DNA of 64,000 nt from Octopus vulgaris (GCA_951406725.2 OX597815.1:99944001-100008000); one strand, 5' to 3'; counted from the first letter of the stretch, positions 27,138-44,604 are shown. Notes: generated by a model from the letters alone, not told the origin. A program made the numbers and translations.

Positions 27138-27300
27138 TTTCGTCCGACTTTTCGTTCTGTTCAAATACCGCCGAGTTCGACTTTGCCTTTCATCCTTTCG
27201 GGGTCGATAAAATAAATAAGTACGAGTGAAGTACAGGGGTCGATACAATCGACTAGCCCTCTTCCCCTAAACTTTTGGCCTTGCGCCAAAATTTGAAAAC
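27138..27300 (+). mobile_element. 5'-truncated SINE family A followed by (GTA)n
   Basis: Core GCCTTTCATCCTTTCGGGGTCGATAAA. Confidence 0.85.
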
Positions 27301-27375
<75 letters not shown>

Positions 27376-27676
27376 TGTCAGCTTCTTACTGTCCTTTCTC
27401 TTCGTCATTCATAGTATTTTTTTACATTTATTTATATGATATTTTCTTGGAAATACTACTATTGTTTATTTTATTTTATTATTTTTTTGTTTTAGATCTG
27501 CTTGCATTCTCTTTTAGAATACACAAATAATGTACAATGAGATAGTTGATGTTTTCTTTATCTTTCTGTTTGGACAACATTAAAAATTGGAAAATATTTA
27601 AGAAATCGTTGACGATGTTCTCATATGCATTACATACTCACCCACACACACACATACATACACACATGTACATGTA

Positions 27677-27769
<93 letters not shown>

Positions 27770-27854
27770 ATATATATGTATATATATATATATTTATATA
27801 TATATATTTATATATATATCTATATATATACATATGTATTTATATATATGTATG

Positions 27855-27888
<34 letters not shown>

Positions 27889-28774
27889 CATATATGTGTA
27901 TATATATATATATGTATATATCATTATATATATATATATGTATATATTTTACCATATATACATATACTTAAATAAGTGTATGTGTATACAGATATGTGTA
28001 TATGTGTATGAATACATACATTTATACTAAAATATACATTTATATATTATATATGTGTGGATGTATAATATATATATGTATGTGTGTGTCTTTTTGCATG
28101 TATGCATGTGTGTATGTTAGTATGTATGAATGTAGTATGTATGTATGTATGTATGTCTGTCTGTCTGTATGTATGTATGTATGTATGTATAGACATATAT
28201 ACATGCATACATATATAAAAAAAGGCGTTGTCATTCGTCGTTTATATAGCCTGCGGCCAAAACCTTATTGTAAATCTTAGAGCTAACGATGGGTGCAGCA
28301 AGACAAGCAACTTTCCATAATCAAACATACTAATTACGTTTCCAGTGGATATAATACGGCAAATTAATTTCTCATACTTCTTAAGAAATGAAGTTGTTTC
28401 TTTACGTGGTGTAGTTAATGTATCTGTGGGTGGTGTTCTTAACGTGGTGATGATGATGATGATGATGATGGTAACGGTAGTGCTTGTGGTGGTGGTGCTG
28501 CTGCTGGTGATTGTGGTGGTGGTGGGTGGTGGTGGTGGTGGTGGTGGTGGTGGTGGTGGTGGTAGTAGCAGTAGTTGTTGTTATTGCAGTTGCGTTTATA
28601 TTCAAGAGGTGTGTAGTTGTTTCTAGCGATTTTGTCTTTGCCGCCTTTGTTGCTCGATTCCGTTTAAAATCAGCTTTAATTTTTAAACAAGCTACATAAC
28701 ATTTAATCCTTAATAGATATAGTATATTAGTTAGTGTGCCTGTCTATCAGTATGTATACTTGCGTAAATATATA

Positions 28775-28975
28775 CATAAGGGGGAAAAAACGAAGAATAA
28801 ACGCAACAACAACAAAAAACAAGAACGCGAGGACGTGGTACATGTGAAGTATTAAAAGACGCTCAGGGAAGGAAAGAAAGGGTGTTTTACGTTTCGAGCA
28901 AAGCTCTTCTTCAGAAACAGAAGACAGAGGTAAGTCCAATAGACGGAGGGAAAAAATCGCCCACAATCCACATGT
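28775..28975 (-). mobile_element. Hammerhead-bearing family B copy with canonical core
   Basis: rc 28883-28919 reads TGTTT CTGAAGA A GAGC TTT GCTC GAAAC GTA AAACA. Confidence 0.85.
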
Positions 28976-29006
28976 ATGTGGGTGTATGTGTGTGTGTGTG
29001 TTCATT

Positions 29007-29058
<52 letters not shown>

Positions 29059-29787
29059 ATATACGTAAATATATAAGTAGTTGAATGAATTATCCTAGTA
29101 TGGATAATTCGGTTTACCGATACCTGGGTAGCAAATTCACGTCAGAAAAACACGGTTGAAGCTACATGCCAAGGGTAGAGATCACGTGCTTTCGTGTGGA
29201 AATTTGTGTGTTTTTTAATACAAATAAATGAAAGAATGGAGTTGAACGACGATTTAACAAAATTCCTTTATTCTCGACATGTTTCGAAGGCTGCATATTC
29301 CTAATTTCGAAGGAATAAGGGGTGCAAGACTCTAACTTTTCTCCAATAATAATAATGTATATGATTTGAGATGTTTGCCTTGCCTTAACTTTTGTTGTCC
29401 TTTTTAACAATTATAAATCTGTTATATCAGAAATCTACAATGGACCCATATTACCGTCTCGGCTACAACCCTGGAGCCCTAGTAATCCGTTACAGCGCCT
29501 ACCTAGCGTACCTAATCATTTAGATTATCTGTGAACTAAACCCCATACTTTGCATGTATATATATATATATATATATATATGGGTCTATGTGTGTATATA
29601 TATATATATATATACGACAAGAAAGGATTTTTGCCTCTTTATGGAGACAAAAAAGTGTTTATAAGACTGCAAAAGAGTGCTCAAATGTAGTTGAAACAGA
29701 GATAAAACTTGATCCACATTGAACAGAGGCCAAAAATCATATTCGTCGTTGACTCGTATTTGATGTTTGTTCTGTGATCAATGTTTT

Positions 29788-29915
<128 letters not shown>

Positions 29916-30488
29916 TGTGTATGTATATATGTATATATCTATGTTTGTATATATATATGCACGGTTTCTTCGACTAACACCCTTTGAGACGGTGCTCCAC
30001 CATAGCCGCTATCAAATGACTGAAATAATTAAAAGAATAAAAGAATGAAAGAACATATAAATATATAATAATGAATATAAAATACTATAATTATGAACTT
30101 AATGATAATTAAGGTTCAGCAAGATTTGCTTCACCACATACCGTAATTTAGAAATAGCAGTTAAAATACTATTCTAGTACCTTAAGTTATCTCCCAGACA
30201 GTAATGAATATGTGTATTTTTCTATGTATAATCCAGTGTGCGTGCATGGATATACGTGCATCGTCTACATCATCATAATATTTATTATGATGATTAAATA
30301 AGCCAAATTTTTATCCCCACCCTCACTTCGCAAACTTCAATTGCCGCTTTCATGTATTTACATTTAACTTAGTGATTTTGTAAATATTTTTTAGACACTT
30401 GTACAACACATACGCACATAAGCAGACACCCATGTGTGTGTAGGTATAAATGTATGCGCGTGTGTGTGTGTATGCGCGCACACGTTTT

Positions 30489-30535
<47 letters not shown>

Positions 30536-30726
30536 GGTGCATATATGATGCATTCATATATTTATATATATACGTACATATAGATATTTTTTCTTGTATG
30601 TATATTTACATGTTTGTGTGTACATATGCACATATGTGTGTATATGTGCCTTTTCGAGTGCATGAATTTTCTGTATATATATGCATGCATATATGTGTGT
30701 GTGTACATATGTATGTACGTATGTAA

Positions 30727-31130
30727 GGTGGCGAGCTGGCAGAAACGTTAGCGTGCTGGGCGAAATGCTGAGCGGTATTTCGTCTGCCGCTATGTGCTGA
30801 GTTCAAATTCCGCCGAGGTCGACTTTTCCTTTCATCCTTTCGGGGTCGATTAAATAAGTACCAGTTACGCACTGGGGTCGATATAATCAACTTAATCTGT
30901 TTGTCTGCCCTTGTTTGTCCTCTCTGTGTTTAGCCCCTTGTGGGTAGTAAAGAAATAGGTATTTCGTCTGCCGTTAGGTTTTGAATTCGAATTCCACCGA
31001 GGTCGACTTTGCCTGTCATCCTTTCGGGGGTCAATAAAAAAAAGTACCAGTTTCGCACTGGGGTCAATGTAATCGACTTAATCCTTTTGTCTGTCCTTGT
31101 TTGTCCCCTCTTGTGGGCAGTAAAGAAATA
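30727..31130 (+). mobile_element. SINE family A dimer ending in the Tx1-like tail, with 14-bp TSD
   Basis: TATGTACGTATGTA at 30712-30725 and 31131-31144. Confidence 0.9.
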
Positions 31131-31669
31131 TATGTACGTATGTATGTATGCATGTATGCGTGTGTCTGTATATGTGTACGTGCGTGTGTGTGTGTGTGTG
31201 TGTGTGTGAGTGTGTGTGTGTGAGAGTGTGTGGTGTATTCATCTTTGTATAAATAGTCACGATATGGTAGTAGTTCATTCGGTAAAAATTCATTAACATT
31301 ATTGTAATCAACGACATTATCATTAACATTATCAGCAACATTACGAACATTATCAACGTCGTGAATATTACAAATATCAGAAAGAATTTTCTGAAATACA
31401 ATTGACCTTTATAATATTCATATCAGTGGATTTAATAAGACTTAATAATAGCAACAGTTATCATGGCTATCAATATTATTATTCGCTGTTGTCTTCGTCA
31501 TCGTCATCACCACCTTCATCCACATCAGCCTCACCATCATCCACAAAATTATCAGCAGCAGCAGCAACAGTAGCGTGTCGCCATATTCACAACCGTTCTG
31601 GACATAATCTATACGGTTATCATTTATATTTCAATTACTAAAACTAACCGAAAATTTCATAAATTATCA

Positions 31670-31730
31670 GCATTCATCATTATCATCAGTATCATCATCA
31701 TCAACATCATCATCATCATCATCATCATCC

Positions 31731-31761
<31 letters not shown>

Positions 31762-31775
31762 TATCATCATCATCA

Positions 31776-31818
<43 letters not shown>

Positions 31819-31835
31819 CATTATTATCATCATCA

Positions 31836-31893
<58 letters not shown>

Positions 31894-32015
31894 CATTATT
31901 ATCATCATCATCATCATCATCATTATTATTATTAATATTATTATTATTATTATTATTATTATCATTATTATTATTATTATTATTACTATTATTATTATTA
32001 TTATTATTAATATTA

Positions 32016-32046
<31 letters not shown>

Positions 32047-32058
32047 CATCATTATCAC

Positions 32059-32103
<45 letters not shown>

Positions 32104-32104
32104 T
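31670..32104. repeat. Long compound (ATC)n/(ATT)n microsatellite
   Basis: Direct reading. Confidence 0.97.
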
Positions 32105-32513
32105 AGAGATGCCACCCATACGTGTCGTCATTAATACTGGGAGGGTGGAACGTTTTATGAATGACGTGGAGGAGAACTGAAGTCGGCTATCACATCAAAG
32201 ATGTCGCAATCAACGAAATTGTCAACGAATGCAATATCAGAGCGAACTTGCATATTTTTAACTGCCCACACCACGAGATATGTTCCACATATTCACACAC
32301 GCAAACACACATATACACGCATACACGCATCTCAAACACACACACACACACTAATACACTGGTACTTATATTCGCAGTCGTACACAAATGTACTCACATA
32401 CACGCGCGCACACACACACACACATACATATACACATACAGACTCATATACATGCATAAACACTACATATACGTATATGTGCAATTATATGCACAAACAC
32501 ACTCACACGCATG

Positions 32514-32597
<84 letters not shown>

Positions 32598-32739
32598 AAT
32601 ATGAGTGTGTATACGTATATATGTATGTTTGTATGTATGAATGTATGTATGAATGTGTGTACGAATGATGCATGCATGCATGCGTGTATGTATGTATGCA
32701 TGTGTGCATATATACTTATGTACGTATTTTCATGTCTAT

Positions 32740-32792
<53 letters not shown>

Positions 32793-32867
32793 TACACACA
32801 CATATATATATATAATACATATATATACATACATATATGCATACGCACACATTTACATAGATATGTA

Positions 32868-33010
32868 TGCGTGCACGTGGCTTTGTGATAAAAAGCTTGC
32901 TTTCCCATCACATGGTTCCGGGTTCAGTCCCACTGCATTGACCCTTAGACAAGCATCTTCCACTATAGCCTCAGGCCGACCACAGTCTTGCGAGTGGATT
33001 TAGTAGGTGA
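32868..33010 (+). mobile_element. SINE family C, 5' half
   Basis: CACATGGTTCCGGGTTCAGTCCCACTGC...CTATAGCCTC..GCCGACC. Confidence 0.8.
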
Positions 33011-33654
33011 AAATGAAATGCCGTTGCTAAGCATTTTGGCCCGCGTGAAACGATTCTGCAAGCCCATCGCCTTTATATTTGTATATATTAGCATAAATAA
33101 AATGTAATGTTTCTATGACGTAATGCATACTTCCGTTAAGTTTTCTAAACCCTGAAATGGTGAAATCTTAAAATTCCAATTATTATATAATAGAAAAATA
33201 CTTAGAGGACTCGGTACCATCACTTTTGAATAACGACAGTCCAACAGCTGCTGAGATTTCATTGCAGTCACCATTGAAACACCATTGTGTTGTTAGGACC
33301 ATCACTAATCTGATTATCAGTCGTACCGTGAATATGAAAAATAAGGGTGTTAAAATAACATTAATCTGTTTCATTAGAGTCACTAGTACTACAAAGATGA
33401 GAGGACATTATGCTATATAGGCCGAAGAGACAGTTGGTCTTTGCTTCACGCTCTGTAATGCAATGGTGCGGAAGTCTTTAACGATCAATCGGAAGACTTC
33501 CGGCCGGATACGAACGAGCCTACAATATAATTCAAGATGTGTAAGCTTCACACTATTCTCCAACTCAGATGATCCTCGGAGAGGATCTGCATGTGTGTGT
33601 GTGTGTGTGTATGTAGATATAAATATAAACTTATATACATATAATTTTATATAC

Positions 33655-33890
33655 ATATATGATGGACTCTCCAGACGAAGACGATGTATGAGTGTTCAGC
33701 TTTTGCTGAATAATCTGCACAAAAGATTTGTTTATAGTAATCATATGTATGTGCTGCACATTAATTCTCTTTTTCCATCAAATCGACGTTGTCTGAACAT
33801 GTACAGAGCACCCCGTCTAGGAATTGAAATCGCGATATCGTGATCGTGAGTGCAACACCATAACCATTAGACCACTAACAACTACACCAT
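33655..33890 (-). mobile_element. Old tRNA-headed SINE
   Basis: rc head AGTGGTCTAATGGTTATGGTGTTGCACTCACGATC...TTTCAATTCC. Confidence 0.55.
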
Positions 33891-33894
33891 ATAT

Positions 33895-33934
<40 letters not shown>

Positions 33935-33997
33935 GATATCGTAAGAATGTATAAAATGTCGATAAAACGTGAAATAATTCTTGTTTGAGTGGAGGTG

Positions 33998-34229
33998 CAG
34001 CGGATCTTGAAGCACATAAAGCTATAAATAATAGCATGTGAATATTAGGTTGAAAAGCCTTTTCGGATAGAAAAATCCGAAGGCTGCTCATAGTACAACA
34101 TTCGTCATATCTAAAGTACATGTTGGTTCTTATCCCTCGGGCAGCTTCGAATTTTTCTTCCAAGACGGTTCTATCAACCCAATATTTACATGCTATCATT
34201 TATAGCTTTATGTGCTTCGAGATCCACTG
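33998..34229. repeat. Fold-back (MITE-like) element
   Basis: 56-bp inverted arms at 33998-34053 and 34174-34229 with 5 transition mismatches. Confidence 0.8.
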
Positions 34230-34896
34230 TTCCAATATATATGTATGTATGTAGGTAGATATGTAAGGAGGCGTTCGATGGAGGGCGAGGGTGGTAAGTA
34301 ACATGTATATAAACGGCTGTCCATCGTATTTCAATTGTCGGTTTGAGAAAATAAAGATATAGAAGAAGCCAGTAATACACTTCGACTGTAGCTCTGGTAA
34401 CTTGTCTAACTATCGTCATCAGCAGAGATTTCTTCTGGATAGTTTCTTGACGCATGAATACCTAAAGTCAATCAACAGAAATTTTTGGCAACCGGTTTTG
34501 AAACTTTTCCCAAAATATTTTGTGTATATGTGTGAGCGACTGTGCGCACGTGTGTGGATGGATGAGTGGGTGTATGTATATGACTAAATGTATCGTTATA
34601 CAGTTTCATCTCTGGATTTGGCTGGAGACACATCACCAAAGAGATGGGTATGGACATACAAGGTTATAGATTCAGTGGAGTTATCCTCAACGATTATAAT
34701 TAAGTAATTAATTTATAGATAGATAGAATATATACATATATATTTATATATTTGTGTGTATATATATATACATATGTATATAAAATGACTGACAGTTAGT
34801 ATGGAGAGACAATAATAAGAAAGAAGAAAACAAAGGACCACTGATGCGGTCACAGGAGTGTGACGAAAGAACCATGGCCGAAATAAGATTAAGATT

Positions 34897-34940
<44 letters not shown>

Positions 34941-35113
34941 TGTTAAAGAGAAAAACAAACGTTAAGGAAAGACAAACATCTTAAGTCATATACGCTATTA
35001 TTATTGGAAAAATTCAGTCTTGCAGTTGGTAATCCGTTACAGCACATACCTAGCGTACCTAGTCGTTTAGATCACATGTGAACTAAACCCCCATACTTTG
35101 AATACACACATAT

Positions 35114-35157
<44 letters not shown>

Positions 35158-36635
35158 CGTATATGCATATATATATATATATATATACATATATGCATAT
35201 ATATGTATGTATATATATATATTTATATACATATGTACATGTATATATATACATACATGTGCACGTATTCATGCATATATATATACACATATAAATAGAG
35301 ACATATATACACTCGTACATGCATATATACATACATATGCATATAAAATTTTTTTAACTCCTGTAGTAAATAAACATACGAACATATACTAAAAACACAA
35401 ATGAACAGAAAACACAGAAGGTCAAGCACAATTTCGATCGTTATCAATAATATTGCTTCCACTCTGGAGGCACCGGCAAGAAACTTGCTGGGAAAGGGAC
35501 CAAAACATAGCAAAACAAGATGGGCTCGAGACGAGACCGTTAGTGGACGGGCAATAAACAGAATTAAGGGAATTAAGGCTAAGGGCCACAGGAAGACAAC
35601 AGTTAAAATGATAATAATACATATACAGCAAAACAAAAAGCCTTAGGACTGCAAGACAATACAAAAATGGGTAACGCGAAGGAGAGGTGAAGAACTCTCC
35701 TAAAGGACTATACACACGGGAATACATATATACAAGGGACATGCAACCGAGGTAAGCAAGGTCGGCAGTACCTGCCTTGAATAAAATAGATCGATAGCAA
35801 CATTTTTCTTTCATGGCAAAATATGCACCTAATTCAATAAAATTGTGACGGTTAGTCTGATTACTATGCATAAAATGCAAAATGTTTTATCTTTTTGTAG
35901 ATTAAGTAGTAATAATTCGCCCCTGCTTTTTAGTCACAGTATTTAACACACGCATAGTACTGCTGTAGCACACGTTCTGCGTATATTTCTAAAACACCAT
36001 TTTCTTAACGTACTATAAAAGCAGAAATGGATCTGCCTTCAACTCAGTCGCGCGCCTATATTTCGCTTATTTTTTTAGGCGTTTTACTATATAAAGGTCG
36101 CCAACTACCTACCTGAGTAATTACTGACGGCACGTGGCTGATATATACATATATACATATATGCATATATGTATATATGTGTGATTGTGTGTGTGAGAGT
36201 GAGTGTGTGTCTGTGTATATATGTGTGTATGATCAAATATATATAGAGAGAGAGTATATGTATGCAAAATATTTGATTTTACATACCTTATTAATGTAGA
36301 GAATACTTATGAAAGTTTTATTTTAGTTTATGATATTAAACAATATTATATAATCCTCTTACTGCTATGTAAGCATATATCTAACAAAGGCAACTGTTCA
36401 TGCCTGATAAATGTTCTTACAGTTTACAATACTTGGCTTGTCATGAAATATAAAATGAAATGAAATAACTAAAAGTTTCTTAGTGCTTTTTACATTTGTA
36501 TTTTCTGTGTAGGTATCTAAAAATATAATTAAATGCATACATATCATATATACATATTGGTGTAGTGTGTATGTAATTTAAAGAGGTTTGTTAGTTTATA
36601 TACATATATGTGTGTGTGTGTGAAAGTGTGTATGC

Positions 36636-36678
<43 letters not shown>

Positions 36679-36835
36679 TCTACACAAACACACACACGCA
36701 CACACATATATATATACATATATCTATGTATGTACTCATTATATACATATGCATACTTATATATCATTTATTTTACATGATTCTATATTATGTATCCATA
36801 TATAAAGCTATATATATGTATATATGTATATATAC

Positions 36836-36866
<31 letters not shown>

Positions 36867-36948
36867 CATATACATACATATATATACACATATATATATA
36901 CATATATAAACATATATATATATAAGCATATATATATATGTGTGTATG

Positions 36949-37017
<69 letters not shown>

Positions 37018-37679
37018 GAACATATCGATATGCTTATATATAGACATATATGCACAATTATACCACCATACATACCCGTATGAATATATGTAAGTGTGTG
37101 TATGCAGGTATACATATGCACATATGTATGTGCTATACTTTTTTTTTTTTTTTGCTGTCGCTGGTATTTTTGCTGTTCCAAATAATTTTATTTTTTATTT
37201 TTATTGTTAAATACTGACGTCGTTCTTGTGATTGTTCTTGGCAGCGCTGATACTTATGGTGAGAACGGTATAATGATGGTCGCAGTTGTTGTGATGGTGA
37301 TTGTTACAGTGTTTCCTTGTTATTAAGGTGGTGGAAGCAGTAAGAGTACAGCTGGTGTTCAAAATGCTGTTCATGCTTATCTTTTGTTGTTTGTGTTGAC
37401 TTTATTTGATATCCGCGTATTTGGTATATCTGGCTGCTGTTATGAATCTGACGAAAAACCAGAAATTTGTTACATTTCTCTTTATTATATTTATTTCGTT
37501 GTATTTTATTTAATTTTGTTAAATTCTCATTTTCAGGATAATCTTCCTGTGTTGACATCCGTTTTGTCGTCAGCAAATCAACACTCGAAAAAATATATTT
37601 TGCATGTGATGCGTTAGATGTCTATGCTCGTGCGCGGGAATATACGTATTGTGTGTTTATATATACGTTTATATATACG

Positions 37680-37762
<83 letters not shown>

Positions 37763-37929
37763 GTATGTATGTAAGTATGTATTTATGTATGTATGTATGC
37801 ATGTATGTATACAATCTATGTATTCTATACATATATATGTGTGCGTGAATAAACAGATATATGCGCGCATACACGCACACTCACATAAGTAAGTATAAAT
37901 AAGTATATATATATATTCCCGTGTATGCA

Positions 37930-37999
<70 letters not shown>

Positions 38000-38001
38000 T
38001 T

Positions 38002-38036
<35 letters not shown>

Positions 38037-38037
38037 T

Positions 38038-38104
<67 letters not shown>

Positions 38105-38204
38105 GGATGGATGGATATACGTATATATTTATATTTATATATATACGTATATGTATATTATTTATATTCGCGTATGTATATATATATATTTATATATGTA
38201 TATA

Positions 38205-38243
<39 letters not shown>

Positions 38244-39307
38244 ATATTTATATATATGTATCTATGCATATATCTATGTATATCTTACATGTATAAGCAT
38301 GTCAGCGAACATGCATGCGTGGTGTCATACGCACGCGTGCATTTGAAATATAAACTTTATGAATCGAAAGAAAATGCACGCAACCATCCATACTCTTCTA
38401 TCTGTGGATGTGTCTGTATCTATGTAACGAAGTGTAAACACAGACATATTCTTGCGCACACGTATATATATGTGTGTGTGTCAGTGTGCTTGTGTGTGTG
38501 TGTGTGTACACACACACTACTAAACACACATAATCGAAGAATACGATCCTTAGAAAGGCGTCTTTATCAACGTATATACGTGTTTCATGCGTGCGTTTGA
38601 CGCTTTAATTATGCTAGTATAGGCTGTAGTTTTTGCTTCGATTTCCTTGTGCGTGTGAATGTTGCTTATTTGTGTATGTTTATGTATAGAGTGTGAGTAT
38701 ACGTGTATGTTTGCAGTTGTATTTATTTATGTCTATATATGTGTGTATGTGTTATGTTTGACTAAATTCATTATAACGCAGCAAATAACATATAGAAAAA
38801 AAAAAACTACATTAAGGTAATTATTACATGACATGAAAGACAAAAACAAACACAACACCAATTCTGCTGTGGTTTCTGGGTTTGTTCTTGTTGTTTGTAG
38901 TTGCTGCTGTTGTTTCTTTTGTTACTGGTGTTTTTGTTTTTATTATTACTGCCGCTGTTGTTGTTATTGTTGTTGTTTTTGTTACTGTTGTTTTTGCTGT
39001 TGTTCTAACTTAGCTGCAGGGCTGTTCTGATCCAACAAACGTTCTTTTTTCAACTGTGGCTAACCCATTTTACGTTGTTAATATTTCCGTGTGCCGGGAT
39101 TATATTAGCCAGTTTTTCGTTATTTTATTAAAGAAGGTAGAGTGTAACTTGAGGTAGAGTAGACAGCTATCACTAGGTGCTTGAAAAGTGACGTAGAGTT
39201 ATTTCTGAGAAATATTTAAATAAAATCTAAAAAAAAGTACTCACAACTCACACAAACTGTCACACACACACACATGTGTGTATATAAATATGTACATATA
39301 TATATAT

Positions 39308-39387
<80 letters not shown>

Positions 39388-39529
39388 AAGTTGCAGAAAC
39401 GAAGTACTCTGAATGAATCAAAAGATGACATAATCCAAGGGTTGAGTAAGAAATCCATGAATCAGGTACTCCAAAACAGTCGGAAGGATGAGGACAGTCC
39501 GTGTGAGCGTGCAGTAAATAATCACTTCA

Positions 39530-39720
39530 AATAAACGGATAAAAAAATGAAAGAAAGAAAACAACCAACGTAAGGACGTGCAAAAGAAGTATTTCAGCTT
39601 GATGCTCAGTGAAAGGAGAGATTTTAACGCTTCGAACATAGTTCTTCATCGGAAAGCAGAAATGGAAAAGTCCAAAGAAGAAGTAGAAATGGTGTAGCTA
39701 CGTGTGCCATTGGCGATTTA
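39530..39720 (-). mobile_element. Diverged family B copy with variant hammerhead
   Basis: rc 39622-39656 reads TTT CCGATGA A GAAC TAT GTTC GAAGC GTT AAA. Confidence 0.65.
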
Positions 39721-39811
39721 TATGTGTGTGTGTGTGTGAAGATGTATGTATGCACACCTGTCTTCGTCTTGTTTTGTTTTTTCTTTGTAAATTCCAACAA
39801 TATATACATAT

Positions 39812-40106
39812 ATGATCACCGTGACCGACCAGGCTATCAAATGTTTCTACACATCGCTGGTCACAATGCGCTTTAGCCTTCAAATGACGCCGCCCCGCTG
39901 GCTAAGCGAGCAGGCCAACAGAAGAAAGAGTGAAAGAAAGTTGTGGCGAAAGAGTACAGCAGGGATCGCCACCACCCCCTGCTGGAGAATCGTGGAGCTT
40001 TAGGTGTTTTCGCTCAATAAACACTCACAACGCCTGGTCTGGGAATCGAAACCGCGATCCTACGATCGCAAGTTCGCTGCCCTAACCATTGGGCCATTGC
40101 GCCTCC
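39812..40106 (-). mobile_element. tRNA-headed SINE family E
   Basis: rc GGAGGCGCAATGGCCCAATGGTTAGGGCAGCG...GGTTTCGATTCCC (A and B boxes); flanked by TA. Confidence 0.8.
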
Positions 40107-40500
40107 ATATATATATATATATATATATAAAATATATAAGAGGAATGACCACTAAAGTGGACACCTAATATGCTAAACATGGACGTCAAATCACCATTAC
40201 CACGAAGAATGTGTTCTTAAGAAAAATCTCAGCAAAACGCCAAAATATAAAAATGAGCAAGACAAATGAAAATATACGAAATAAAAAACAATTACCTACG
40301 TACCAATGGCTTCACTTGTTAATATCTACGTATGCAAACACGCAAATATCTGCAAGATCGTCAGCGTAGTCTGTCGCTTAAAAAAGACAATTTCCAGAAC
40401 TAGATACAGAACGCTCAACCGAAATCGAGCATGTATAAAGTTCTACAATTCAAACTTATGTATTTTCCTGTGTAAATATCTGTCTTATAAACATAACACA

Positions 40501-40640
40501 TGATATTCCTGATGATTTAAGCTATGCACATTTTAAAACTAATTTAATCTAAATTAAAATAATGTAAATTAATTATGTATCACAATTATTTACTTATACA
40601 TTTAGTAACGTTTATCTTAATGAAACAGCTGTTGAAATCA
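40501..40640 (+). ncRNA. Hammerhead ribozyme motif with a long AT-rich helix-II insert
   Basis: TGATATTC CTGATGA TTTAAG...CTTAAT GAAAC AGCT GTT GAAATCA. Confidence 0.65.
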
Positions 40641-40732
40641 ATTGCAGAATTAAATACATATAAAATTTATGCTTGTCTACTTTCATTCTATACATACTTT
40701 CATTCTATACATACAGTCATAGATAAATGGAT

Positions 40733-42281
<1,549 letters not shown>

Positions 42282-42900
42282 TAGATAGATATAAGGGAAT
42301 ACTTTGTGTAACGTCTGTGTAAAATCCATTGCGAGAGCTCTTCTATAAAAGGCGATTAAAAAATAACTGAAATACTGTGAATTAAAACAAACCCTAGTCA
42401 AAAACAAATACTGAGGTACGTAATTGACAAATATAAATACAAATTTAACCCCCAAAATACAACGTAATAAAATACCATCAACCCCATAATCACCATCGCG
42501 AAGGCCACAAGCACAAACACTAATCCCCATCACTACCAACTCCGCCAGACCACTACTGCTACCCAGCATCTGTACCATCACCACCAACATCAATACAGCC
42601 TGTACTCTCATGTGTTCGACTACGATGCAACGACCAACAGTGGAACAGAAAGACAATGCAGCGTGTGGCTATCTAGAAAAATATTTTAAAAAATAAACAC
42701 ATAATCCTTTCCTTTTTTACCAAATGGATTTCTCTTCAGTTTAGTTTCTTTATCGCAAAAATAACTGAACTAACACTTCTCAAGTGATTTGGCATCTTTA
42801 AGTATGTCCTAGTCTACAACAACAAATATCTGACTTAATTCAGTTTGTTGTTTAAAACAAACATTTCATAAATAACATATGCCTCCATTGTCTCGTTTTC

Positions 42901-42976
<76 letters not shown>

Positions 42977-43268
42977 GTGTTGTTGTTGTTGTAGTTGTTG
43001 TTTTTCTCACCGTTGATTTCACTTTTGCTGCTATTGTTTCTCTCATTGTTAAGATTTATTTATGGTTAGAAAAAATGTTGGTTTCCCACCCACCTTTAAA
43101 TCTTTATTGACGAAATTAAGTATATTTTCAAAGACAGTTTATTTCTTCAGCAGATCAGACGTTATTCAGATGTTGGTGTAAGTTACTGAGACGTAAAATT
43201 GATAACATTGAAATACATAAATAAATAAATATTTTTTCAAATATAGCAACAATAACAACAACAACAAC

Positions 43269-43344
<76 letters not shown>

Positions 43345-43719
43345 TAAACAAATGTGAACAAAAATATCCTAAACAAATGTAAAGGATAAATTCATTTTAA
43401 GTCATTAAACAGACATAAAAATATAATACAAAACACTAGAAATAATGCATTTAACCACCCCGTGATATCGTATCGGTTTGTGAAATCTGTAGGCAAGCAA
43501 TCACCATTTTGTATCCGGATGAAATAAGAAATAAACACCATCAACAGCAACAACTACGACAGCAACAATAACAACAACAATAACATCGCAAATAAGAATC
43601 AAAAATAACGCATCTACATTGAAGATAGAATGAAAGCAACCATGAAAACAACAAGAGAACAATGCTTACCAATAACAGAGGGGTGGTATTATTTTTCAAG
43701 ATTTAGTGGAAAGTGTAGA

Positions 43720-43746
43720 GAAGAAGAAGAAGAAGAAGAAGAAGAA

Positions 43747-43808
<62 letters not shown>

Positions 43809-43813
43809 AGAAG

Positions 43814-43877
<64 letters not shown>
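43720..43877. repeat. (GAA)n followed by (GTA)n
   Basis: Direct reading. Confidence 0.97.
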
Positions 43878-43878
<1 letters not shown>

Positions 43879-44604
43879 TGAATTACGATTGTGTGAAATT
43901 GACGAAAATTGTCTTTAATCGCGTGAAAGCTTTTTTCTTTTTTCCTCTCTCTCTCTCTTCCTTGCTTTTTTTCTTTCTTCTATACATTTTTTATTATTAT
44001 TCATATGACATGGAATGTCATCGGAGTCGATTCACTGAACAAATTGTCGAATTACTGTCTCTGAAAGTGCTACCATTATCTTTTTTGTCGGTGTAAGTTA
44101 GTACAGCCGCTTCCCTTCGCTTGTTCTTTAAGCAAAGATATAATAAATAACCTTCTGCTCATTCCAATGCTTTGCCCCTTTTAGTGAAAGATTTTCATTT
44201 TTTATTGACATCACTTACTGATTCGAGCATAAATAACTTTTGAAATATGAAAGGAAAGGGGAAAAAAACGAAGGTGATGATGATGATTACAACCATAGTG
44301 ATGGTGATGGTGGTGACAATGATCATGTTCATCATCATCGTGACGACGACAATGAACTCGATGATGCTAATGATGATGATGATGTTGATGAGGACGGGGA
44401 TGAGGAGAAGCGGTATAGCGATTATGATGATGAGGATGATGATGATGATGATGATGAGAGGAATGAAGGAAGAAGATGAAGAAGAATAAAATCGAAGATG
44501 GAGATTATAGAAATATACATGATATGGCAAAGTACGGATTGTATAGGTGGACATTGTGAAGATATATATATAGACAGACAGACAGACAGACTGACAGACG
44601 GACG

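Noticed and set aside
34370-34425. Minus-strand CTGATGA...TCGAAG hammerhead candidate
   Set aside because: GAAA is mutated and the helices are weak; not counted.
37445-37475. CTGACGA...GAAA hammerhead-like words
   Set aside because: No helix II or helix I pairing; consistent with chance.
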